64,000 nt of DNA from Octopus sinensis (Eukaryota): NCBI RefSeq assembly GCF_006345805.1, contig NC_043004.1, positions 28,086,001-28,150,000 of the forward strand, read 5' to 3'. A program made the translations under genes and the position numbers. The number at the start of each line of letters is the position of its first letter. Within the stretch, counting starts at the first letter, position 1. Shown one piece after another: positions 1-12,701 of this stretch. The notes under the pieces are model-generated. The model searched no databases, was not told the origin of the DNA, and worked only from the letters and a program-made list of their open reading frames with translations.

Positions 1-29
1 TATATATATATGTATATATATATATATAT

Positions 30-72
<43 letters not shown>

Positions 73-89
73 ATACATGTATATATACA

Positions 90-462
90 GGAGTGGCTGT
101 GTGGTAAGTAGCTTGTTTACCAACCACATGGTTCCGGGTTCAGTCCCACTGCGTGGCACCTGGGGCAAGTGTCTTCTACTATAGCCTCGGGCCAACCAAA
201 GCCTTGTGAGTGGATTTGGTAGACGGAAACTGAAAGAAGCCCGTCGTATATATGTATGTATATATATATTTGTGTGTCTGTGTTTGTCAACCGATACTGG
301 TGTGTTTATGTCCCCGTTACTTAGCGGTTCGGCAAAAGAGACCGATAGAATAGATACTGGGCTTACAAAAGAATAAGTCCCGGGTTCGAGTTGCTCGATT
401 AAAGGCGGTGCCCCAGAATGACCGCAGTCAAATGACTGAAACAAGTAAAAGAGTAAAAGAGT
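90..462 (+). mobile_element. tRNA-derived SINE (family A) with internal (TA)n/(TG)n tract
   Basis: Head GGAGTGGCTGTGTGG...GGTTCAGTCCC (A/B-box-like); same body recurs at 12778-13189, 31850-32240, 38650-38830 and 59245-59625. Confidence 0.85.
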
Positions 463-618
463 ATATATTTAACGTAGGATAAAATTTTTTCGAAAAAACA
501 AAATGTAGCGTGCGTATTGTGAAAAATTATATGGTAATGGACAGTATGTCCAATTTTTCGGTATATTTGGCATTAGAAAATTTTTCATTTGCCCTTATTT
601 ATAAGTTGTATATATATA

Positions 619-654
<36 letters not shown>

Positions 655-667
<13 letters not shown>

Positions 668-845
668 ATACGTTTGACAATCGGTGTTTGTCTGTTTATC
701 TCCCAGTAACTTAGTAGTTCGGCAACAGGTATCGATAGAACAAGTAACAGGCAGGAAAAGGAAACTAAACAAGTACTGGGATCGATTCGTTTTACTAAAA
801 GTCTTCAAGGCGCTGCAGTCAAATGACTGAACAAGTAAAAGAATA
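655..845 (+). mobile_element. SINE family A, degenerate 3' half
   Basis: Similar to 290-460 (ACTTAG..GTTCGGCAA..ACCGATAGAA..GCAGTCAAATGACTGAA). Confidence 0.65.
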
Positions 846-1129
846 AACGATACGAACGCACACCACTTCCACCCCAACCCGCCCACACGTGACCTACTAG
901 TTTTGTATATTGGGCTCTCAGTCTTAAGATTTTTGATTGGAAAACTAAAAAGAGTTACGTATTGTGTTAGGACTGAACATAAAGTAAAGCAAAAAAATCG
1001 ACTTTGAACCAAAATATCTGTTATTTTAAAAGAAAATTATAGATTAACATATAGAAAGTTTTTGGTGACAAACTTGTTAAAAAATATTTGCTGCGAAAAA
1101 TGTAGTGTGGCTTTAACTGATAGAAAAAA

Positions 1130-2093
1130 AAATTGCGGCAGAGTCTTCAGTTGCCTTTCTTGGAGATGAATATCAGCAGTAATTGGTTTCACTCCTTTGG
1201 TCATTGCTTTGTCTCTCATACTTCTGGCACTGTTAATGCCTTAATAAGCTTTGGCCTTCCATGTCTTAGGGCCTCTGTTGGGATGTTGCCCACTCCTAGG
1301 GATTTACCATCTTTGAGCATGCGTCTTAATTCTTTGACTCCTGGAAGATTTGGAGTATCTCCAAGTTCTCTGTTATTGTTAGAATTGTCTACAATATCGC
1401 TGCCATGTTTGAATTTGTGATTGTAAAAGATGTCGCAGTACTCAGACAATCTTTTGATGACGTCATTCACGTGTGAGGAGCTGGCCTGTTTTGTCTTCAG
1501 TGACAAATATCGGCGGTGTGTTTCTTCGTTTTTCTTAGGATTTTGAGGGTTGTCCGTCTTTATCGATTATTTTGCACACTGGTCTTCTATCCATTCCTCT
1601 TTGGCTTCCCTCATTTCCTTCTTAACCTTCCTATTGTACCGCTGACTTGCACCATAACACGTTAGCTTCGTCTTCCTCAGGTCCCGTCTCCTAGGATATC
1701 TTTAATGAAGATATCTTTATTAGGAGCTGCTTTGGTAATTCTCTTCAGGTCCTCATAGAATTCCTCAACGACATTATCTTCATCATATTCAAGCGTTGGC
1801 GCATAGACTTGTATGATGCTAATATTCTGTACTCTTGCAGCCACACGTGTGTTGATTAGCCTGCTGGATACTGACATGCAGCTGATGGCTGAACTTAATT
1901 TGGCTTTGTTAACGATGAAACCCGTTGCATGTTTATGCTTGGTGTCATCTTCGCTGTACCACAGTTTGTGGCCTTCATCTGTTGTATTACCAACTCCAGT
2001 CCACCTAACTTCAGCCAGCGCAAGGATATCCCGAGAATACCTGTTTAGTTGTGAGTAAATTCCTTCGTCCTTCCACAAATTCATAGACTTCAA
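1130..2093 (-). pseudogene. RTE-type LINE fragment: APE endonuclease plus start of RT, degraded
   Basis: ORF 1677-2093 DILALAEVRWTG...HATGFIV...ISIIQVYAPT...VEEFYEDL matches the RTE APE pattern; downstream frames give RT-proximal motifs (GVGNIP, FISKKGN.RLCRN). Confidence 0.8.
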
Positions 2094-2099
2094 AAACGG

Positions 2100-2560
2100 C
2101 CTTTGGCCGTATTTGGTGTGCTGGGTTGTGGCAGATGATGAAGAATTACAACTTCGATAACAATCTTATCGAAGTAATCCAAGCACTGTATAAATACTCA
2201 AGTAGTGCAATTCTCCCGAACAGCAGCATCGGAGAATTCTTCAGAGCAACAGCGGGTGTTCGAAACCGATGGCTCCTATGCAGTGCTTTTCAACATCTTA
2301 GAGAACATCATGTAGGAGACACTTCAAGACATTTACCTCTCTGTTTCCATTGGAAGACTGTTCATTTCTAACCGGCGCTTTGCTGATGATATTGATCTGT
2401 TTGTAAGCCATGAAGGGGAACTTACTGGAGCTCGCCACCAGGCTGGAATAAAAACCTTCAGGAGCATACGGGAAGGAGATCAGACCAGGAAAGAGCAAAA
2501 TCCTGATTAACAGTAACAACCAAAACATAACAACCGACATCATGCGAAACGGAGGGAGAT
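2100..2560 (+). pseudogene. RTE-type LINE reverse transcriptase fragment
   Basis: LIEVIQALY...FRATAGVR, then ISNRRFADDIDL near 2372-2400 (FADD catalytic motif) after a frameshift. Confidence 0.75.
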
Positions 2561-2809
2561 GTGTGTTCTCGATTAAGCAACAGAAGACAATTCATCCCTA
2601 CGCACAACATACTAACGTCTCTGCACTAGCCCCTATATTCAAGTAAAATACGTGTTCTGGTTGAATAAAATATGTCAACGCTGACGGTGATTAATGTTCT
2701 TTTAGAAATACAATACTTCTTCCTAAAAAATGTTACCTCTGTATTTTCGCATTATTTATGTATGTATGTATGTATGTATGTATGTATGTGTATGTGTATG
2801 TGTGTATGT

Positions 2810-3571
2810 ATGCATGTATTTATGTTATTATTCAGTCTTATTTCAACATCTCTTGCCAATAGAGAAAAAATCGGTTTCTAGCCTGGATCTAAGGCTCCTT
2901 CATTGGAATTTTAACAACATCGAAAGGAATTTGTGCATGCTTGTATGTATGTATTGTTTTATGTATATATTCTCATGCATATAGTTGCATGTCTAGACAT
3001 GCGCATGTATACTTAAATACTAAATTTCTGGAAAGTTTTATAAATTTTTACAGTTCCATTGATGGCTTGAATCTGTAATCTTCGAATCAGCTTTTTCTGT
3101 TCTGGTTTTGAGAAGCCTAAATTCTCAAGATTGCTGCTAGGCGGTTTGTAACAAATTTCAGTGCCCCGATAATTACAGGTATAGACATGAACATGCAATC
3201 CGGATAAAATAACTGTAGGTTTCTCAATAGTTCAGCGTAGGTGTTTTCTTTTTCGCTGATCTTTAGTGCTATGTTGACTTCCGCTGGGTTGCTCTATTAC
3301 CACTACTGTACTTAGTTACTCTTCTCTGTCCCAAGTCACCGATGAACTGAAGTTTTCATTGTGACATTTTAACAGTACTCTCATATTACGAGTGGCTACG
3401 TTGGTTCCTATCTCTTTGGCTTCAGGATTATCCTTCCGATGGATCTCATTATGCAATCTCTTGGCAGCAATATCGTGTCTCATCGGTAGATAATAACGTA
3501 ATGACATATTTGGACAACTGATTATGATGTGGGCGATATCTTCGGCATTAACTCCACAAAGTCTCCACCTC
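2810..3571 (-). mobile_element. R4/Dong-like (RLE) non-LTR element, 3' fragment flanked by (CATA)n
   Basis: RLCGVNAEDIAHIIISCP...RHD zinc-knuckle region and C-terminal LQIQAINGTVKI; (TATG)n on both sides. Confidence 0.7.
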
Positions 3572-4038
3572 TGTATGTATGTATGTATGTATGTATGTAT
3601 GTATGTATGTATGTATGTATGTATGTATGTATGTGTGTGTGTATGTATGTATGTATGTATGTATATATGCATGCATGTATGTATACATGTACATATGTAT
3701 GTATGTATGTACGTACGTGTGTATGTATGTATGTATGTATGTTTTTATGTATGTATGAATGTACGTATGTATGTATATATGTATGTATGTATATATGTAT
3801 GAATGTATGTACGTATGTATGTATGTATGCATGTATGTATGCATGCATGTATGTATGTATGCATGTATGTATGTATGCATGTATGTATGCATGTTTGTAT
3901 GTATGTATGTATGCATGTATGTATATTTGTATGTATGTTTGTATGTATGTATGTATGCATGCATGTATGTATGTACGTATGTATGTATGTATGTATGCAT
4001 GTATGCATGAATGTATGTATGTATGTATGTATGTATGT
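3572..4038. repeat. Imperfect (TATG)n microsatellite
   Basis: Directly visible; source of several spurious HTYI/MYVC ORFs. Confidence 0.95.
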
Positions 4039-4213
4039 AGTGATTTAGTATCTAATTCTAGTAATATATTATAACATTGAAATAATGGAATCAATGTAAT
4101 AAATTATTTTTCCCTAAAACTCTCTGGCTGTGAGCCAGTATAAAAAACCATTATTGCTAGCTTCTCTAAATTTCTGGGCAAAGCACTCGCACGCAAACAT
4201 ATGTATATATATA

Positions 4214-4266
<53 letters not shown>

Positions 4267-4421
4267 ATATATTATATATATATATATATATATGTGATAT
4301 GTGTGTGTAAAAGCGCGCATGTGCGACTATATATATAATTATATTTATAAATACGTGCGCACACACACACACACACACACATATGTATGTACAGAGCGAG
4401 TGAGAGAATGTTATTCGCATA

Positions 4422-4500
<79 letters not shown>

Positions 4501-5226
4501 GTGTGCGTGAATGTGTGATTGTGTGTATGGAAAAGTTCGACTATAGGTAGTATCACTCACACATAAATATAGGCTTGCTTTTTCATATTTCATTAATTAT
4601 ACATCCATTTGCAATTACATACTGTTGTTCACACTTTAACACTATCTCTGGCAATTTTACGCCAACATCTTACAGAGAAGTTCGCATTCACTGAACTCCC
4701 CACCACCACCACCTACATACACTCACACACACACTAGAAAAGCACATATATGTTAGCACATTGTTATTCATATAACTCTATAAAACACATATATCTATAC
4801 CCTTGTATATATGTTAGCGTGTGTGTACAAGCGTCAGTATGCATACCAATGTAAGCATTTTTCTCTCCTTACATATTCCATTGTGCATGATTTCATTATA
4901 TGCGCATGTGCTAAGATACGTAGATAAACATATAGATGCATTCATACACATACACACGAGCATGCACACATGTATACTTATATATATATATCAGCTAATT
5001 TTCATATGCAGGTGCGGTATGTGCACACACACACACAGAAACACACACAAAAACTTGAATACATTGTTATGCATATATATATATATAAATATTGGCTATA
5101 CATATATGTGTGTAGGTATGTATATATGTATGCCTATCTAACTACCTATGAATATATAAATGTATGTATATATATATATATTTATACTTATATACATGTA
5201 TACGTATACATGTATGTATGTATATG

Positions 5227-5257
<31 letters not shown>

Positions 5258-5561
5258 ACATATATATATATATATATTATATATATATATGCCTTTGTGT
5301 GTGTATATATATATACGTCAGCTTGTATGTATGTATTTATGTATTTGTGGAGGAATATTTCTCAATAAGATATACAATGTAATATTGCCAGTGAATGTGT
5401 TATAGTGTGAACGCCACCAAACAATCAGTAATTGATGTATAATTAATGACAGAGCGGCGAAAACGAAAAACAAACTAACAAGGCAAAAAAGTAAAACAAA
5501 TAAATAAAGTGAATAATAGAATTTCTATGATACATGCATACACACATACATACATACATAG

Positions 5562-5596
<35 letters not shown>

Positions 5597-5611
5597 ATAT
5601 GTATGTATATA

Positions 5612-5643
<32 letters not shown>

Positions 5644-7972
5644 TGTATGAGTCTGTGTGTGTGTGTATGTATATATGTATGTGTGCATCGATGTATATAC
5701 GTATGTGTATGTATGTATGTAGGTATGTATATATCTGTATATGTATGTAGGCACAGTAGCAGAGGAAGCAAGAGGCCTAATTTACCACTGTTGTAATAAT
5801 ATGAAGTAAGGCTTCCCACAATTTATGAAATCTACAGAAGATTTAAGGGAGAACTAACGGCTAGTTGTGCGGCAAGGCGAAGGAGTGTATGTACAGGTGG
5901 GGTTTTGATTGCACCTGACTGTGAATTGAACCTTGTTTTGTTTAATTACCTTCCTATAGAGCTCGAGATATCAAACAATATTGATTTTTCTGGTAATAAG
6001 GTACAAATCCAATTTCATAGATTAAGAGCTATTCACTATTTCGCTATATATCTGTTTTGAATCGGCCCCTTTCTATTATTTATAATTATGAGGGTGCATT
6101 CGTAAAATCGATTGAGCAATGACAACATCTCATGTGCATTTTGTTCATTCTTTCACGTCCTGAGTTCAAATTTGCCGGGGGTCAAAATTCGGATTCATCT
6201 TTGTACTGGGTAGATAAGATATGTATCTCATGTACTGGCGATATGTATGTCATTTACTGCCAAATTGTCGGCCTCGACCCTAATTAAAATTTGAGAAACG
6301 GAAGCTGTTGGGTTGTATGATTTATCCGCACAGTATTGGGTCAACTCAAATATACTGAGTTAAAACCGTTACTTGTAAAACGTAATGTTTATATAGTCGT
6401 AGCAAAGAGTGTTGGCTACAACCTCTAGAATTTGTTTTATAGTACATCGTAACACTGTTAACACATCAATTTCCGACATAATGACAGAAATATATATGTG
6501 TATGAGTGTGTGTGTGTGTTTGTGTGTGCATGTGTATTCTTGGTTTATTAGTCTCAAGTGTAACCTGGTTGATAAAAATGTCGTTCCATCTATGCCCATC
6601 CCACATTTCTGTGGGAATACTTGGTGGGGAAGCGATAGAGTTGGGGTTATGTTAGTAAATGTGTCATATTAATAGAATTAAGTAGCAAGGGAGATTTGGT
6701 GGATATTTCTAAAATTTCGAGAGACTTTGTAGAAGTTCCCACTTTATTATTTAAAATTCGGTCATTCATACTCTGGCTTAAATATGATCGAAAGTGTTCC
6801 ATCCCTGACCATCAAGCATTTTATTCAGACACACAGCATCTAGGATTTCATTATCAAGCGTTTCTTTCTTTTAAAAGGCGAAGCTGTAGTTTATAGGGAT
6901 ATCTAACTATCATTTCATGGAAATGCGTTGACTGCGTATAGAGTACCTCATTGGTCCTCAAAAATTTTTCTGCTTACTAAGGTGATATATCATACATACC
7001 AAAATCAATCTCCACCAGAATATATCTAAATTATTATCTCTAACTTAACAACGATTGCGTTTGAGCTGCCTGTGTAACTCAGCTTCGACTTATAGTTGAT
7101 ACCAATTTCAATTGGGTATGTTACTAACATCACAAGGTCCCTTGATTCTTTATACTTGCATTCTCATTGAAGCTGACGAAGATCACACTGAAGTAAGATG
7201 TATGTTACTGAAAACAGTAACTCGATTTCAAATCACGTTAGATACTGTTTCACTTGCTGCTAGTAATGGGAAGACAATAAAAGCCAGATTATTTCATTAC
7301 CCATATCAATATATGAATGGGCTCTTTCTCAATGTATGACATTAATATAAACATTAATATAGGCAATATAAAAATGTAATATAAACATCAAGAGTGGTCG
7401 ATAGTAGGAGATTGAAGGGTTTTAGACAGAATATATCTTCTCGAAGGTTTTCGTTCTAATCTCACCAAAATTGGCTTAATATCTAACTCTTTTGTGAGTT
7501 CAACAAAAATATAATTATCACTTCGTAGGCAAGACTGATCGATGAAATCGACAGCTCGCTTCCACAAAACGCTTCATCAGAAGCAAATATAAAAAAATAT
7601 AACGATTTGGGTTGCTAATGGCATTAGTGTTTAACTCCAGGACAACATCTAGTGAGCAGATATTCCAGCCGTCACCATCCTGTCGTCTTCCAAATTATCC
7701 AATATGTCCTTCTACTTCCTAGGACAGAACCAAGATTCGTAGGAGATATGCCTACGCTATCCAAAACTTCGAGCAACTTCGTGGAAACTCGTCATTAGCT
7801 TCGTAATACTTTTAACGATGTAATGGGGATTCGCGTCCAGCCCAGTTCCACACATCGCCAATCTATGCACCACAATTATCCAAGCCAACTCAGTGAGAAG
7901 GGAAGTAATTCTCTCCTAGAATTCTGCTCTTTGTTTATTTCCTACACACACACGCACACGCGCACGCACATA

Positions 7973-8006
<34 letters not shown>

Positions 8007-8312
8007 TATACATATAGATACGACTCACGTTTATTTGAACATACACTTTCAATTCCCCCTTCCGCACCCTGCGTGGATGTACGCACCCATTCCATAAACG
8101 CACACAAGCACAATGATATGAATATACAAATCCACATGCCTCTCGCTTCTTTCCTTGATCTCTTTCACTTTCTTTGTCCATATATCTATCTATATACACA
8201 CACATATAAATAAACATATACACCCATCCATACACTCACGTTCACACACATATATACATTAAAGTGTTTTGAAAATATATGTGTAACAGTGTATAAATGT
8301 AATTATGTATAC

Positions 8313-8435
8313 ATAATAGAAATATTAAAATTACTAAGTCTCTCTAAAAGAGAACAACGGCAGCGTTTCCGGAAAATAATAGTTATAGCCATACTAATTT
8401 TTATAAGAATGCCATATTAGTATGGCGATAACTAT
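8313..8435. mobile_element. Short inverted-junction fragment of the 361-bp hammerhead array family
   Basis: 8313-8398 is the reverse complement and 8399-8435 the forward strand of sequence in the 60136-60236 unit; ends GGCGATAACTAT like the array. Confidence 0.85.
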
Positions 8436-8567
8436 GTATACATATATTTAAATATATTTATAAATCTGTCTCTCCCCCCTCTCTCTCTTTCTGTATATAT
8501 GTATATATATAAGTGTGTGTGCGTATGCGTGTGTGTGTACGTATGTATGTATATATATTAGAGAAAA

Positions 8568-9482
8568 ATGTCATTAGAAAAAATGAAGATGGAAATAGAA
8601 CTACTTAAGCTGAGAGCTAAAACGAATGAAGAAAAAGTAAAAACCATAGACGAGGAAATCAACGAAGAAGTCATCAAACTAATAGACGACAACAATACTG
8701 AAACATTACCAGCACTATGGAATGAAGAATGTGAAAAAGAGGAACTTAAGTCCCTCCAACGATGGGAAAAGAGCGCCATCTGGTTTCTAGATTATGAAAC
8801 CAACTTCAAAAATGAACACATATCCAACAACCCCTTCATAAAATTAAGCAAATCAAAACCAAATACCAACAGAACGGAACAACCACCAAGAAATCCTACC
8901 ACACTCTACACCAGAAAAGTACACCTAAAACACACCCCACACTACCTACACCAACCCCAAAACACCTACAGAGGCCCACCACACCAGTTCGAAAATAGAC
9001 ATACCAACAGAGCAGAACAACCACCAAGAAATCCAAACACACTCTACACCAGAAAAATGCATTTAAAACGCACCCCACACTACCTACACCAACCCCAAAA
9101 CACTTATAGGGTCCCACCACACCATTCCACGAACCTAAGAGCCACAACATACAATACTATAAAATACAACCCACATAACCAAACCAAAACGCTACTACCA
9201 AACATCCACCCCAGGAACCAACCATACAACCATAACAAACAACAAATGCACTACGGAGGAAACAACTACCAACACAATATACCTGAGGAACTAAGACGGA
9301 ACACTAGGTTCAACAACAGACTCCAGAACAGAGCACCACAAACTCACTCTGACAATTATAACAACATGAGACAGATAAATAATAGCTTTGAACATAACTA
9401 CACCAACCACTTTTTAGACCCCACACACAGGAACAGGGACACACGATGGCAAAGACAAACAAAAGAAACCTCAGGTAATTAA
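8568..9482 (+). CDS. PLE upstream ORF (basic, N/P/H/Q-rich, with a 46-aa internal duplication)
   Basis: 304-aa ORF directly upstream of and overlapping the RT frame; TNRxEQPPRNPxTLYTRKxHLKxTPHYLHQPQNTYRxPPH occurs twice. Confidence 0.55.
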   Translation: MSLEKMKMEIELLKLRAKTNEEKVKTIDEEINEEVIKLIDDNNTETLPALWNEECEKEELKSLQRWEKSAIWFLDYETNFKNEHISNNPFIKLSKSKPNTNRTEQPPRNPTTLYTRKVHLKHTPHYLHQPQNTYRGPPHQFENRHTNRAEQPPRNPNTLYTRKMHLKRTPHYLHQPQNTYRVPPHHSTNLRATTYNTIKYNPHNQTKTLLPNIHPRNQPYNHNKQQMHYGGNNYQHNIPEELRRNTRFNNRLQNRAPQTHSDNYNNMRQINNSFEHNYTNHFLDPTHRNRDTRWQRQTKETSGN

Positions 9483-11082
9483 GATAATCAATCTCTCAAA
9501 CAAAGAACTTACACCTAACGAAATAAGCATACTCTCCAAAGGACTTAAATTTACACCCACCCCACAACGTTCTAATTATTATGAAATGAAAGATGATATT
9601 TCGGAATTTTGCAGAAAACTAAGACTCACCGAGGCATTTCAAGACAAACAAATAGAGGAGGACTCAATAGCTAGAAACAAGAGCAATTACACCCCCACCA
9701 AAGGTAAGAATAAAGCCTTAGACCGCTATTGTGACTACATAACTAATTTCCCGTTTCAATTCATCAAGAAACAAAAACACAGCCCTAACTTCAACAAAAG
9801 AGAATGGAACGACCTCATCAAACTAAGAGAAGACAAAACAATAACAATTAATGAGGCAGATAAGGGCAACGCGATAGTAATAATGAATACAAACGACTAT
9901 AAAAATTTAGTGCTATCCCTATTAAGAGATGAAACGTATTATGAAAGGGCCCAACAGTATAACCAGCAAAAAATAATGCATAACCTTAGGACATTAATCA
10001 ACACATACCAAGAAGGACTCACGAACAAGGAGTATGAATACATCACTAACTTCAAGTGCAAATCGAGTTTGTTCTATGGTATCCCTAAGGTACACAAAAG
10101 CCAAACCATTAGAGAAACGTGCAAAACATCCACCGACACACTCATCAAAATCCCTTCACCAAATGATCTTAAACTAAGACCGATAATAGCAGGGCCAGCA
10201 TGTGAAACTCACCGCCTCAGCAATTTCTTAGACACACTTCTTAAACCTTTCCTAAAACACATCAAAAGCTACATAAGAGACGATATAGATATGCTCAACC
10301 ACCTCCCTAAAACAGTCAATGAGAAAACCCTTCTAGTATCATTCGACGTAGTTAATCTTTATTCTAACATCCCTCACAACCTAGGAATAGAAGCGATCAC
10401 CTTCTGGCTGAATAACTACCCCTTTGAACTCCCAACTCGCATAAACAAAGAGAACAATTATTTTATTTTTGACAATGATTTCTACAGGCAAAGATCGGGA
10501 ACAGCGATGGGCACGCGTACTGCACCATCTTTTGCCAACCTAGTGATGGGATACCTCGAGAAAATACTATACCGGATGACACTCGAGAAATATGGAAACA
10601 CCTTCGCCACCTATATCCATAACAACTGGAAAAGATACCTCGATGACTGTTTCATCATCTGGGACAAAGGCATAGAGAAACTTGAGGAATTTAAAATTCT
10701 ATTAAATGGAATAAATGACAATATACAATTCACGATGGACCACAACGAAAAAGAATTACCATTTTTAGACATCCTCATTAAGAAAACCGGCAACAAAATA
10801 GAGACAGATATCTACTATAAACCGACAGACTCTAAACAGTACCTACCCTTTGATTCATGCCACCCACGACATACTAGAATGAATGTCCCTTTTTGTTTAG
10901 CTAGAAGGATTTGCACCATAATATCAGACACAAACACCCGACACACACGTCTCCAGGAACTTAGAACCACACTCACAAATAGAAACTATCCACAGCCCCT
11001 AATAGACAGTGCAATCCAACGGGTACTTAAATTAAGTATAGAAGACCTGAGACAAACAAAACCAAAAAGAAAGAACAATTAA
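9418..11082 (+). pseudogene. PLE reverse transcriptase (frame open from 9418; apparent internal deletion; frameshift before endonuclease)
   Basis: IINLSNKEL...LSKGLKFTP, LYGIPKVHK-like motif, LRPII, SFDVVNLYSNIP, SGTAMG, WKRYLDDCFIIW, LPFLD, IYYKPT; ELPTRINKENNYF looks shortened. Confidence 0.9.
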
Positions 11083-11708
11083 AAACCCTTCCCTACATCT
11101 CTACACACAACCCACTCAACAATGAGGCCTTCAACACCATACTACAAAGCACAGCCCTACTAAAGGGAGACCCAAAGATGAACCGGATCCTCGAAACACA
11201 CACCATCATTAAAAGTAAACGGCAACCAAAATCCTTGAAAAGGATTTTAACCCAAGCTACACTGCACTCAACATCAACCACAAAACCAGCAGTTAGAAAA
11301 TGTGGAAGGCCCAACTGCGGAATCTGTGTCATCTTGAAAGAAGGATCAGAATTTATACTGGAACAAGGCCACCAGTTCACCATTAGAACAAACTTCACCT
11401 GCGCATCAGAAAACTTAATTTACGTCATAACATGCGCAGGCTGCAATAAGCAGTATATAGGCCATACAAAAAATAGCTTACGTAACAGGATGGCGGTGCA
11501 TAAAACACAAATTAGAAACCCTGATTACCGCAAAATACCGGTCAGCGGACACATAGATAGATGTGCTGGAAATGCAAATCCGAAATTTACAACTAACCCG
11601 CTCTATAAATTCAGTGACAACGCAACCTTCACACAACGCCAAAATAAAGAACTATATTTCATAAAAAAATTTAGACCAAGTTTAAACACCCTGGGCCAGG
11701 AATACTAA
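11082..11708 (+). pseudogene. PLE linker plus GIY-YIG endonuclease
   Basis: LPYISTHNP in shifted frame, CGRPNCGIC, LIYVITCAGCNKQYIGHT...RNRM..H, ELYFIKKFRPSLN. Confidence 0.9.
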
Positions 11709-11889
11709 AACAAAAGATAAGTCCTCCGAAAAGGAGAAGCAAAATTCCACCACGGCCGCTACTTCAAACAGACACTCACTCTGACAGAAATATGCCTTAG
11801 TAAAAAAGGAAAAAAATTCTTTCGTGCAAATCTGACCCTGATACATACGATACAGCTAAGGGTCAGACCCGATTCTGATTGGTCAACAA

Positions 11890-12305
11890 GTTGATGACGT
11901 CTAGCTCTGCTAGAATGGACAGGATACAAACAGGGGACAGTCATTAGTCAGAATATTGATGACGTCCTTTTCTGCTTGACTAATCACCTAACAAGTACAG
12001 ACAGGGGGCAGATCTAATGTAGCTATAAATCGTGATTGGGCAGAATCCGGATGACGTCCCGTTCTGCTTGACTAACGAAGCGACTGGTCAAAACAGGAAA
12101 CAAACAAGAGGCAGTTATAATGCAGCGATTGGTCAAAATAATGATGACGTCCCGTTCTACTTGACTAACGAAGCGACTGGTCAAAACAGGAAACAAACAA
12201 GAGGCAGTTATAATGCAGCGATTGGTCAAAATAATGATGACGTCCCGTTCTACTTGATTAAAGCCACCTAACGAAACGATTGGTCAAAACGTTGATGACG
12301 TCACG
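11890..12305 (+). repeat. 93-bp tandem repeats (about 3 close copies plus degenerate ones) in PLE 3' region
   Basis: ATGACGTCCC starts at 12051, 12144 and 12237; related ATGACG motifs at about 11894, 11959 and 12295. Confidence 0.9.
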
Positions 12306-12334
12306 CTACGCTGGATTGACCACCTAACAGGCAT

Positions 12335-12418
12335 TATAAAACCGAGCACTTCACAAAAACTCACTAGAACCACCCAGCGAACTTCCACCATGGGTCATCA
12401 CAATTGCTTAAGGTAAAA
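12335..12418 (+). promoter_or_regulatory. Putative Pol II core promoter of the PLE terminal repeat (TATA, Inr, Kozak ATG, splice donor)
   Basis: TATAAAA 12335-12341, CTCACT 12360-12365, CCACCATGG with ATG at 12390, AG/GTAAAA at 12411-12418. Confidence 0.45.
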
Positions 12419-12655
12419 ATGAATTCCTCGCTCTTTCGGAAACATCAATCTTCTGTATTGACCGCTTTCCACCACTTTGATCTGTTTTTTGTATTGAATA
12501 CGTATCGCCACCGTGGGCCACTGCATCGAACACTTTGAACATATACTTCAAACTATATATCAACTATACATGAACTCTAAGATGTCTGACTCCGTTGTGT
12601 ATTATAAATGAATTTCTTGTGTTTGACGGCATGAGCTGTCTTTTTTTATATATAA

Positions 12656-12701
12656 CTTTTTTTGATAAGGTTCATTACAGGAACTGAAACATGTTATAAT
12701 G
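12656..12701 (+). ncRNA. Degenerate type-I hammerhead-like motif (U3-A8 core variant)
   Basis: TTGATAA GGTTC-attacag-GAACT GAA ACATGT T; palindromic stem III; stem I poorly supported. Confidence 0.45.

Noticed and set aside
61-444. 127-aa ORF and similar ORFs at 12962 and 31878
   Set aside because: Fortuitous readings of SINE family A
3522-5819. Many 70-190 aa ORFs (HTYI, MYVC, YI repeats), and similar ones across the window
   Set aside because: Translations of (TATG)n, (TA)n, (CA)n and (AAT)n microsatellites; no coding signal
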